A stretch of 64,000 bases of DNA from Candidatus Aminicenantes bacterium (GTDB lineage: Bacteria > Acidobacteriota > Aminicenantia > Aminicenantales > UBA4085), in assembly GCA_963715635.1 (NCBI GenBank), contig OY970261.1, positions 1,086,438 through 1,150,437 of the forward strand. Direction: 5' to 3'. Below are positions 35,122 through 44,070 of this stretch, in pieces. Positions within the stretch are counted from its first letter, which is position 1; each line of letters starts with the position of its first letter. A model generated the notes under the pieces. The model worked only from the letters and a program-made list of their open reading frames with translations, was not told the origin of the DNA and made no database searches. The position numbers and the translations under genes were made by a program.

Positions 35122-35977
35122 GTGGGCGCTCTTTTTGATGATCATCGCGGCGGGCGGATGGTATATCTATACCTCCCTGGCCAAGTCCGCCAAGCCGCCG
35201 ACCGCGGCGGCGCCGCCGGCGCTGCCCAAGGTTCCGCAAAGGGTTTACGGGATCGTCGAGCCGGCCGGCCGCGAGGTCTATGTGACATCGTCCGTATCCC
35301 GCCCCATCCGGGGGATCTATGTCAAGGAAGGCGACAGGTTGAAGAAAGGACAGCTGGTCCTGTCCCTGGAGAATGACCTGGAGCTGGCCCAACTCGAAGC
35401 GGCCTTGGCCAAGGTGGACCTGCGCCGCAAAGAGTATGAGAACAGCCAGTATGACCTTCAGAAAAAGAAGCAGCTGTTTGAAAATGAATCGGCGACCGAA
35501 TATGACTTCAACCAGCTCCGGCTGAAGGTCGAGCTAAATCTCTTGAACTTCGAGGCCGTCCGCAAAGACGTGGACCTGATCAAGGCCCAGCTCGCCCAGT
35601 TGGAGCTGAGGTCTCCTATCGATGGAAAAGTTTATAAAATGGATGCCCGGCTGGGGGAGACCCTGACGCCCGGCGCGGCGCCCAAGATCGTCCTGGGCTC
35701 GCCCAACCTTTGGGTCCGGCTCTATGTCGAGTCCTTCTGGATGGACCGCTTCCAGCTCGGCGGCCTATGCCAGGTCTATGACTCCGAGACCAATGAATTC
35801 CTCGGCACAGGAACGGTCATCAGCAAATCGCCGACTCTATCCACGCGCACGTTCCGGACAGAGGATGTCGGAGAGAGGTTCGATGCAGAGTTTGAGCAAA
35901 TCGTGTTGACGCTCGACTCGAAAAAAGAAAATATCCCACTCGGATTGAATGTCGTCGCATCGCTGGAGAAAAAATAA
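35105..35977 (+). CDS. HlyD-family periplasmic adaptor (membrane fusion protein), 290 aa
   Basis: ATG 35105 overlaps the ATPase stop. N-terminal TM, coiled-coil segment, beta-barrel/lipoyl-like C-terminus. Confidence 0.7.
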   Translation: MKRFLKWALFLMIIAAGGWYIYTSLAKSAKPPTAAAPPALPKVPQRVYGIVEPAGREVYVTSSVSRPIRGIYVKEGDRLKKGQLVLSLENDLELAQLEAALAKVDLRRKEYENSQYDLQKKKQLFENESATEYDFNQLRLKVELNLLNFEAVRKDVDLIKAQLAQLELRSPIDGKVYKMDARLGETLTPGAAPKIVLGSPNLWVRLYVESFWMDRFQLGGLCQVYDSETNEFLGTGTVISKSPTLSTRTFRTEDVGERFDAEFEQIVLTLDSKKENIPLGLNVVASLEKK

Positions 35978-36054
35978 TATAAATAGGGGGGCCATCGTCC
36001 TTCAAAAGATGCCCCCCATTTGACGGACCTTATGGGTTGAGGGAGGAGGGAAAC

Positions 36055-38100
36055 ATGTCTAAAGAGGCTACGAAAAAAATTTTGATCAGGCCTATCATTT
36101 TTTGCTTTGTGGCATGCTTTGTCTTTTCCGGGATATCCCCGGTCGCTCAAAAGAATGACAAGCGGCTCGAGACCGAAACGTATTTCGATATGGAATCCAT
36201 CGGGAGCCCGCAGATTTCGCCCGACGGCAAAAGCATCATTTTCACAAGGGGCTGGGTCGATAAGGTCAACGACCAAGCGCGGAGCAACTTATGGATCGTT
36301 GATATCGAGGGAAAAAGAGTTCGGGAGGTGACACGCGGCAAATGGCGCGATACATCTCCGGTCTGGTCGCCCGACGGAAAAAAGATCGCTTTTCTTTCGG
36401 AACGGGATGATACGACCCAAATCCATGTCATGTGGTTGGACACGGGCGAGGTGGCCCAGCTCACGCACCTGGAACGGGCTCCGAGCAATCTTGTCTGGTC
36501 GCCCGACGGGAAAAAGCTTGCCTTCACGACTTTTCTGCCTGACGACAAGCCGATCCTGAACGTCAAGCTCCCCAAGCGGCCTGAAGGCGCTAAGTGGGCG
36601 GCGCCGGCGGTGCTCGTGGACCGCTTGGCCTGGCGCGCCGACGGAAGAGGCTGGCTTCCCAAAGGCTATACGCATATTTTCATGATTGATGCCGAACTGG
36701 GAGGCACACCTCGTCAGGTCACCTCCGGCGATTTTTCGCATAACGACCCTCAATGGTCGGCCGACGGAAAAACAATCTATCTTAGCGCCATCCGGAAGCC
36801 GGATGCCGAATACGAGTTCGGCGATTCCGAGATCTATGCCGCCGACCTCAAAACACTGGAGATTAAAGCCCTGACCGACCGCAAAGGCCCGGATGGCAGT
36901 CCGCGCCTCTCGCCGGACGGAAAGTGGATCGCCTATACGGGCTATGACGAAAAGAAATATACCAGCCATCTTTCGAGCCTTTATCTCATGGATTCAAGCG
37001 GCGGGTCCAAGCGCCTGCTGGCGGGGAACCTGCCCAGCTCGCCGTCCAACGCCGTCTGGGCCGCCGACAATTCCGGCGTATATTACCAGATGGAGGAGCG
37101 CGGCGAGGCCAATATCTATTTTGTTCCTCTGAACGGCGCGATCAGGAAAGTCACTAAAGGCGCCCATGTTCTGTCGGGCGTTTCGGTGGCCAAGAACGGC
37201 CAAGCCGCGGCGACCGTGACAACGCCGTCTCGGCCGGGCTATCTCGTCACATTTCCGCTGCTGAAACCCGAGATCCTCAAAGAGCTCGTCGACGTCAATG
37301 CCGATGTGCTGGCCGATATCAAGCTCGGCGAGGTCGATGAATTGCAGTTCAAGTCCCCGGACGGCCTTGACCTGCAGGGCTGGTTGATCAAGCCGGCGGA
37401 ATTCGATCCAGCCAAGAAATATCCGATGCTGCTCTACATTCACGGCGGCCCCTGGTCGATGTATTCCGTGGCCTTCAACTGGGATTGGCAGAACTTTGCC
37501 GCGAACGGCTATGCCGTATTGTTCATGAACCCGCGCGGGAGCACGGGCTACGGCCAGAATTTTGTGAACGGCATTCAATATTCGTATCCCGGCAAAGACT
37601 ATGAGGACCTGATGGCCGGGGTCGATGCAGCCCTGGCCAAGGGCTTCATCGACAAGGACAATTTATTCGTCTGCGGGGGCAGCGGCGGCGGCGTGCTGAC
37701 GGCCTGGATTGTCGGCCATACCAATCGCTTCCGGGCCGCCGTCTCCATGCGGCCGGTGATCAACTGGCATTCGTTCGTCGGCATCACGGATGGCCCGAGC
37801 TGGTACAGGCAGTTTAAGAAATACCCGTGGGAAGACCCGCTGGAATATGCCGTGCGCTCGCCGCTCAATTATGTGGCCAATGTCACGACGCCCACCATGG
37901 TCATGACGGGCGAAGCGGATCTCCGCACCCCCATCAGCCAGAGCGAGGAGTTCTATCGCGCCCTGAAGATGCTCAAGAAAGACACTCTGCTGGTCCGGAT
38001 GCCCGAGGAATTTCACGGCTGGAGGCGGCCCTCGCACCGGCTTCTCCAGCAGGCCTACCTGATGGCCTGGTTCGAGAAGTACAGAGTGAAGAAGCAGTGA
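36055..38100 (+). CDS. S9 family serine peptidase (acylaminoacyl-peptidase/dipeptidyl-peptidase type) with N-terminal TolB-like beta-propeller, secreted, 681 aa
   Basis: Repeated WSPDGKKIAF propeller blades. CGGSGGGVLTA catalytic GxSxG. GGAGG RBS before ATG 36055. Confidence 0.8.
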   Translation: MSKEATKKILIRPIIFCFVACFVFSGISPVAQKNDKRLETETYFDMESIGSPQISPDGKSIIFTRGWVDKVNDQARSNLWIVDIEGKRVREVTRGKWRDTSPVWSPDGKKIAFLSERDDTTQIHVMWLDTGEVAQLTHLERAPSNLVWSPDGKKLAFTTFLPDDKPILNVKLPKRPEGAKWAAPAVLVDRLAWRADGRGWLPKGYTHIFMIDAELGGTPRQVTSGDFSHNDPQWSADGKTIYLSAIRKPDAEYEFGDSEIYAADLKTLEIKALTDRKGPDGSPRLSPDGKWIAYTGYDEKKYTSHLSSLYLMDSSGGSKRLLAGNLPSSPSNAVWAADNSGVYYQMEERGEANIYFVPLNGAIRKVTKGAHVLSGVSVAKNGQAAATVTTPSRPGYLVTFPLLKPEILKELVDVNADVLADIKLGEVDELQFKSPDGLDLQGWLIKPAEFDPAKKYPMLLYIHGGPWSMYSVAFNWDWQNFAANGYAVLFMNPRGSTGYGQNFVNGIQYSYPGKDYEDLMAGVDAALAKGFIDKDNLFVCGGSGGGVLTAWIVGHTNRFRAAVSMRPVINWHSFVGITDGPSWYRQFKKYPWEDPLEYAVRSPLNYVANVTTPTMVMTGEADLRTPISQSEEFYRALKMLKKDTLLVRMPEEFHGWRRPSHRLLQQAYLMAWFEKYRVKKQ

Positions 38101-38161
38101 GCGGCGCGGGGCAGCATCCGTACGACCCGTGTCGGGTATAATTTTGTTAAGGGGTGATACG

Positions 38162-40009
38162 ATGTCTACAAAGGGCTTGTCAAAGGGTCGAAGATGTGTT
38201 CTTTTATTAGTTTTGATGATCGTGGTTGGAGCGAATTCGACGTATCCTGAGCGGACGGAAAAGCCGGTGCTTCACGGCAAGCACTGGATCGCCATCACCG
38301 GCAAGCCGATCGCGGCCACGGCCGGAGCCATGATGTTCATAAAAGGCGGGAATGCCGTCGATGCCGCCTGCGCCATGCTCGGGGCCGTTTGTACGATGTG
38401 GGACGTGTTGAGTTGGGGAGGAGAAACCCAGGCGCTCATTTATAACCCGCAAACCAAAAAAGTGATTGCCATCAACGGCTTGGGCGTTGCCCCGACCGGG
38501 GCCACTCCGGAATTTTACAGATCCAAAGGTTATAAATATCCGCCGGCGACCGGCCCGTTGGCTGCCGTCACTCCTGGAACTCCCGGCGGCCTGATCACGA
38601 TGCTCGCTGAATATGGCACCTTCAGCCTGAAAGACGTGCTTGCTCCAGCCATCCAGATGGCAGAGGGCTATCCGATGGAGAAAGACACGGTCGATAGGAT
38701 CGAAAAAGATATGGAAAAAATCAAGCAGTGGCCCTATTCCAAGAAGATCATGCTTCCGCATCTTGGGGAGAGCCACGAAGCTCCTTATCCGGGCGAGGTC
38801 TTCCGTCAGCCCGACCTTTTGGACACGCTGAAAAAAATCGTCACCGCCGAGCAGGAAGCACTGGCCAAAGGAAAGAGCCGGAAGGATGCGCTCTATGCCG
38901 CTTACGACCGGTTTTACAAGGGCGACATAGCCCGGGAGTTCGTCCGCGGCTCGCACGAACAGGGCGGACTCATAACGATGGAAGATCTGGCCAAGTGGAA
39001 GGTCTATATCGAAGAACCAGTGATGAGCACGTATAAAGGGATCGATGTCTACAAGCTGAATTCCTGGGTGCAGGGGCCGGTGATGCTCCAGGCGTTGAAC
39101 ATGCTGGAAAACTTGGACTTGAAAGCAATGGGCTTTAACAGCGCCAAATACATCCATGCCCTCTATCAGGTTATGAATCTGGCGTTTGCCGATCGGGATT
39201 TTTATTATGGCGATCCCTATTTCCCGCCCGAGGAGCCCATGAAGGGACTTCTTTCCAAAGAATATGCGAGAGACCGCCTGAATCTCCTCCATTGGGAACG
39301 CAATGAGCCTTCGGTCAAGCCCGGCGATCCCTATTCTTATGAAGGGAAAAAGAACCCGTTTCTGAAATATCTGGTGACGTGGCCGCCCTCAGAAAAGGAT
39401 ACGGCCGCTAAAGAGGAATCATTCTGGGGGGGAACGACCTCCATCCAATCCGCTGATGAAAAAGGCTGGGTCGTTTCGGTCACGCCGAGCGGCGGCTGGG
39501 TCCCGGCCGTGATCGCCGGCCGGACGGGAATCGGCATGAGCCAGCGCGCCCAGAGCTTTGTCCTCGACCCGGCAGAAAATCCGTTTAACGTCATCGCTGC
39601 CGGCAAACGGCCAAGAGCCACGCTGTCGCCCGGCCTAGCCCTCAAAGACGGGAAGCCCTATCTTTCGTTTGCCGTCCAGGGAGGCGATACCCAGGACCAG
39701 AATCTCCTCCAGTTCTTCCTGGATGTGGTGGAGTGGGGGATGAACGTCCAGGAGGCATGCGAAGCGCCGAACATCACGAGCTATCAGATGCGCAATTCTT
39801 TTGAGGACCACAAGCCCATCCCCGGCAAGCTCGAGATCAATGAAAAAGTCCCGGCCGAAGTCAGAGAAAAGCTCAAAGCCATGGGATATGTACTAGACGT
39901 CAAAAAATATACTTCCGGCCCGATCAATGCCATCTTCTTCGATTGGAAACATGGGACCTTATGGGGCGGCTCGAGCAATTACGGCGACGACTATGGAATC
40001 TCTTGGTGA
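38162..40009 (+). CDS. gamma-glutamyltransferase (GGT) family Ntn-hydrolase, secreted, 615 aa
   Basis: GGTTSIQSADEKGWVVSVTPSGG block containing the Thr nucleophile; overall length is typical of GGT. Confidence 0.75.
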   Translation: MSTKGLSKGRRCVLLLVLMIVVGANSTYPERTEKPVLHGKHWIAITGKPIAATAGAMMFIKGGNAVDAACAMLGAVCTMWDVLSWGGETQALIYNPQTKKVIAINGLGVAPTGATPEFYRSKGYKYPPATGPLAAVTPGTPGGLITMLAEYGTFSLKDVLAPAIQMAEGYPMEKDTVDRIEKDMEKIKQWPYSKKIMLPHLGESHEAPYPGEVFRQPDLLDTLKKIVTAEQEALAKGKSRKDALYAAYDRFYKGDIAREFVRGSHEQGGLITMEDLAKWKVYIEEPVMSTYKGIDVYKLNSWVQGPVMLQALNMLENLDLKAMGFNSAKYIHALYQVMNLAFADRDFYYGDPYFPPEEPMKGLLSKEYARDRLNLLHWERNEPSVKPGDPYSYEGKKNPFLKYLVTWPPSEKDTAAKEESFWGGTTSIQSADEKGWVVSVTPSGGWVPAVIAGRTGIGMSQRAQSFVLDPAENPFNVIAAGKRPRATLSPGLALKDGKPYLSFAVQGGDTQDQNLLQFFLDVVEWGMNVQEACEAPNITSYQMRNSFEDHKPIPGKLEINEKVPAEVREKLKAMGYVLDVKKYTSGPINAIFFDWKHGTLWGGSSNYGDDYGISW

Positions 40010-40054
40010 TTCTCCGACCCTCCGAGAGTTGTATAATAGGAGTGGGTGAGGAAA

Positions 40055-41089
40055 ATGAACGAAGACGACAAACATCCTTTGGACTGGCTGAGTGGAGAGG
40101 CGGCGGCCGAACCTTCGCGCCCTTGTGAAGTCGATCAGGCGGCCGTTTCTTCCGTGGACCTCTTGGACGCGTATTCCAAGGCCGTCATCGCCGTCGTCGA
40201 GGCCGTCGGTCCAGCGGTCGTCAGCATATCCGTCGGCCAGGAGACGTCGCGGTCGGAGTTCGAGCCGATGGGCGCGGGCTCGGGATTTGCCATCACGCCG
40301 GACGGGTACCTGCTGACCAACAGCCACGTCGTCGCCGATGCCAAAAAGATCGAGACAACCTTCATGGACGGCAGGCGCCTCGAGGCAACGCTCGTCGGGC
40401 TGGACGCGTTGACCGACCTGGCCGTGATCCGCGTGAACGCTTCAGCGCTTCCCTATGCAGAGTTGGGCGAGTCTTCCGGCCTGAGGGTCGGGCAGCTGGT
40501 GATTGCCATGGGAAACCCGCTGGGCTTTCAGTCAACAGTTTCAACCGGAGTCATCAGCGCGCTCGGTCGAACACTCCGCAGCCAAATGGGACGGCTCATC
40601 GAAAATATTATCCAGCATACGGCGCCCTTGAACCCGGGGAATTCGGGCGGTCCGCTTCTTGATGCCAAAGGCAGGGTTGTGGGCATCAACACGGCCATCA
40701 TCGCCATGGCCCAGGGGATCGGCTTTTCCATTCCCTCCAACACGGCCAAATGGGTGGTTTCGCAGCTCCTAACCCAGGGCAAGGTCCGGAGAAGCCACCT
40801 GGGGCTCGTGGGATACTCTAGGCAGCTCGACCGCCGCATCGTCCGTTTTCACAAGCTCAACAAAAACGCCGCTGTCGAGATCGTCGGCATCGAGCCGAGC
40901 GGGCCGGCCAAGAATTCCGGCCTGAGAACCGGGGACCTGGTTGTCGCGATCAATCAAAACGAGGTGACGAGCGTGGACGACATGTTCCGCATCCTGGCCG
41001 AATGGCCGGTCGGGCAGCCTCTCATCCTGACGGCTATCCGGGGCAAAGAGCGGATCGAGATGAGCGTTGCGCCCATCGAAGCCACATAA
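40055..41089 (+). CDS. trypsin-like serine protease, HtrA/DegP family with C-terminal PDZ domain, 344 aa
   Basis: TNSHVV (His), GNSGGPLLDAKGRVVGINTAI (Ser). PDZ-like C-terminus (GIEPSGPAKNSGLRTGDLVVAINQNEV). Confidence 0.85.
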   Translation: MNEDDKHPLDWLSGEAAAEPSRPCEVDQAAVSSVDLLDAYSKAVIAVVEAVGPAVVSISVGQETSRSEFEPMGAGSGFAITPDGYLLTNSHVVADAKKIETTFMDGRRLEATLVGLDALTDLAVIRVNASALPYAELGESSGLRVGQLVIAMGNPLGFQSTVSTGVISALGRTLRSQMGRLIENIIQHTAPLNPGNSGGPLLDAKGRVVGINTAIIAMAQGIGFSIPSNTAKWVVSQLLTQGKVRRSHLGLVGYSRQLDRRIVRFHKLNKNAAVEIVGIEPSGPAKNSGLRTGDLVVAINQNEVTSVDDMFRILAEWPVGQPLILTAIRGKERIEMSVAPIEAT

Positions 41090-41099
41090 GCTAAAATAA

Positions 41100-43742
41100 A
41101 TGATAAAAAAAATCGTCTATTCCTTTTTGATCGCGGCGTTTCTCGTCGCCGGCGGCAGCCGATGCGCCAGACGATCGAGCTCTATGCCTGCCTATAAAAA
41201 CCCCGATCTTCCGCTGGAAAAAAGGCTGAATGACCTCGTTTCGCGAATGACGCTTGAAGAAAAAGTCTCCCAGATGATGAACGATGCGACCGCTGTCGAA
41301 CGGCTCGACATTCCTAGATATGACTGGTGGAATGAAGCCCTCCACGGTGTGGCCCGGGCGGGCCTGGCCACTGTCTTTCCCCAGGCCATCGGCCTGGCCG
41401 CAACCTGGGATACCGGTCTCATGCACCGGGTGGCTCAAGTGATTTCTGACGAGGGACGGGCCAAGCACCATGAGTTTGTCCGGCGCGGCCTGCGCGGGAT
41501 CTACCAAGGTCTGACGTTCTGGTCGCCAAACATCAACCTATTCCGAGATCCCCGTTGGGGCCGGGGGATGGAAACATATGGCGAGGATCCCTATCTGACG
41601 GGCCGGATGGGAGTCGCCTTTATCCGGGGCCTGCAGGGCGACGACCCAAAATACATTAAGGTCGTAGCCACGCCCAAGCACTATGTCGTCCACAGCGGGC
41701 CCGAACCGGACCGCCATTCGTTCGATGCCGTCGTTGATGAGCGGGACTTTCGCGAATCCTACCTGCCGCATTTCGAGGCCTGCATTGTGGAGGCCAAGGC
41801 CTTTTCCGTGATGTGCGCTTACAACCGGTACCTGGGCGAAGCGTGCTGCGGGAGCTCGAGGCTTCTGACCTCGATCCTGAGGAAGGAATGGGGTTTCGGC
41901 GGATATGTTGTTTCCGACTGCGGAGCCATCGGCGATATCTCGGCCGGCCACAAAATCGTCGGGACCTCCGCCGAAGCGGCGGCCCTGGCCGTCAAGTCCG
42001 GGTGCGACCTCAGCTGCGGCCATGAGTATAAGAGTCTGTTGGAGGCCGTCAAGAAGGGCCTGATCACGGAGAAAGAGATCGACGTTTCCGTCAAGAGGCT
42101 TTTCCGGGCGAGGTTCATCCTGGGCATGTTCGACCCTCCGCAGATCGTGCCCTATGCCAACATTCCCTATTCGGTGGTCGATAGCCAGCCGCACAAAAAC
42201 CTGGCGCTCGAGGCCGCCCAGGAGTCGATCGTTCTTTTGAAAAATGAGAAGAATACGCTGCCCTTGCCCAAGACATTGAAAACAATCGCGGTCATCGGGC
42301 CGAATGCGTCCGACGTAGAAGTGCTGCTCGGCAACTATAACGGAACGCCGTCTCATCCTATCACGCCTTTGCAGGGCATCCTCGACAAAGTCGCTCCCGC
42401 GACAAACGTCCTTTATGCATTGGGCTGCGAATGGGCGGCGAATATGCCGGTCCTCGAAGTCGTCCCTGATTCCGCCTTCGTCACGTCCACGGCCGGCCGG
42501 AAGATGAACGGCCTGAAGGGCGAATATTTCAACAACCGCGATTTGCAGGGAGAGCCGGTGTTCATGCGTATCGATAAAAATATCGATTTCAACTGGTGGG
42601 ACGGAGCGCCGGACCCAAATTTTGACCCGGACAATTTCAGCGTGCGCTGGACAGGCGAGATCGTCCCGCCGGTGTCGGGGACCTACGCGCTCGGCGCCGA
42701 AGGGTTCAACGGGTTCCGGCTTTTTCTGGGCGATGAACTCGTCGTCCAGTTCAACGGAACGCATCACCCGAGAAAGACCTATAAGCCGGTTCCTCTCGTC
42801 AGCGGCAAGAGCTATAAAATCAAGCTCGAGTTCTTCGAGCGGGCCGGCGACGCCCATATCAAGCTTTTATGGAGGCGGCCCGGCCTCGAGGCGAAGAAGG
42901 AGGCCTTGGAGAAGGCCGGGCAGGCTGACGCCGTGGTCCTAGTCATGGGCCTCTCCCCGCGGCTTGAGGGGGAGGAAATGGATGTGCCGGTAGAGGGCTT
43001 TTCCGGCGGCGACCGTTTGACACTGGACCTGCCGGCCGTCCAGGAGGACTTGATTAAATCAGTCGCGGCGCTCGGCAAGCCGGTCGTCCTGGTCCTTCTG
43101 AATGGAAGCGCGGTGGCGGTCAACTGGGCCGCCGAGCATATCCCGGCTATCATCGAGGCATGGTATCCCGGCCAGGCGGCGGGCCAAGCCCTTGCCGACG
43201 TTTTGTTCGGCGACTATAATCCCGGCGGACGGCTGCCCGTCACGTTTTACAGGTCTGTCGCCGATTTGCCGCCGTTTAAAGATTATCAAATGAAGGGGCA
43301 CACCTACCGTTATTTTGAAGGCGAGCCTCTGTACCCGTTTGGCTTTGGCCTGAGCTATACGAAATTTGAGTATTCGAATCTCATGCTCCCCAAAATCATG
43401 GCCCGGAATGAGGAGATCACGGTTGCGGTGGATGTCCAAAATGCGGGCGCCAGGGCCGGGGAGGAAGTCGTCCAGCTTTACCTGACGGACGTGGAAGCTT
43501 CTGTCCCTGTCCCTCTCCGGTCTTTGCAAGGGTTCGAGAGGGTTTCCTTGAACCCGGGAGAAAAGAAGACCGTTCGATTTACCTTGAAGCCAGATCAATT
43601 TTCCTTGATCGATAAGGATTTCAAGAGGACCATCGAGCCCGGCGCTTTTGAGGTGGCCGTGGGCGGAATGCAGCCCGGATTCAAGGGGAAGGCCGCCGAA
43701 TGTGCCTCCCAAGTGCTCACCGCCAGACTGGACATAAAATAA
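41100..43742 (+). CDS. GH3 beta-glucosidase/beta-xylosidase with inserted PA14 domain and C-terminal Fn3-like domain, secreted, 880 aa
   Basis: KHYVVHSGPE and GFGGYVVSDCGAIGDI GH3 blocks. GLKGEYFNNRDLQGEPVF...NFDPDNFSVRWTGEI is a PA14 signature. Confidence 0.85.
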   Translation: MIKKIVYSFLIAAFLVAGGSRCARRSSSMPAYKNPDLPLEKRLNDLVSRMTLEEKVSQMMNDATAVERLDIPRYDWWNEALHGVARAGLATVFPQAIGLAATWDTGLMHRVAQVISDEGRAKHHEFVRRGLRGIYQGLTFWSPNINLFRDPRWGRGMETYGEDPYLTGRMGVAFIRGLQGDDPKYIKVVATPKHYVVHSGPEPDRHSFDAVVDERDFRESYLPHFEACIVEAKAFSVMCAYNRYLGEACCGSSRLLTSILRKEWGFGGYVVSDCGAIGDISAGHKIVGTSAEAAALAVKSGCDLSCGHEYKSLLEAVKKGLITEKEIDVSVKRLFRARFILGMFDPPQIVPYANIPYSVVDSQPHKNLALEAAQESIVLLKNEKNTLPLPKTLKTIAVIGPNASDVEVLLGNYNGTPSHPITPLQGILDKVAPATNVLYALGCEWAANMPVLEVVPDSAFVTSTAGRKMNGLKGEYFNNRDLQGEPVFMRIDKNIDFNWWDGAPDPNFDPDNFSVRWTGEIVPPVSGTYALGAEGFNGFRLFLGDELVVQFNGTHHPRKTYKPVPLVSGKSYKIKLEFFERAGDAHIKLLWRRPGLEAKKEALEKAGQADAVVLVMGLSPRLEGEEMDVPVEGFSGGDRLTLDLPAVQEDLIKSVAALGKPVVLVLLNGSAVAVNWAAEHIPAIIEAWYPGQAAGQALADVLFGDYNPGGRLPVTFYRSVADLPPFKDYQMKGHTYRYFEGEPLYPFGFGLSYTKFEYSNLMLPKIMARNEEITVAVDVQNAGARAGEEVVQLYLTDVEASVPVPLRSLQGFERVSLNPGEKKTVRFTLKPDQFSLIDKDFKRTIEPGAFEVAVGGMQPGFKGKAAECASQVLTARLDIK

Positions 43743-43990
43743 GGGCATGTTCCGAATTCTGAGGGATTCGGCATGTACCCATATATTTCTGCCAAGGAAT
43801 AGCTCGTTTTGACTGTCTAATCTATGGATGAGGTTTAGCGAAATATGACCGGAATGGCTGTCAATTGTCACAAACGGAGGACAGTTGCGAGATTGCCGCG
43901 GATAAGTATAAGGGGAGAAAATTTGGCACGCTTCTTGTATAATAGGGGAGCAGGATGGCTATGACGTCATTGCCACGCTCCCGGTTAAAA

Positions 43991-44019
43991 TTGACAAATT
44001 CTATAGGAATATGTATATT
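43991..44019 (+). promoter_or_regulatory. sigma-70-like promoter TTGACA-N17-TATATT upstream of 44071 gene
   Basis: Read directly in the 330-bp AT-richer intergenic region. An extended-10-like TGTATAAT element is also present near 43936. Confidence 0.45.
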
Positions 44020-44070
44020 TAAGCCAACGGAGAGCGATTTGAAAGGAACACCTAGGAAAGGAGGCCTACC

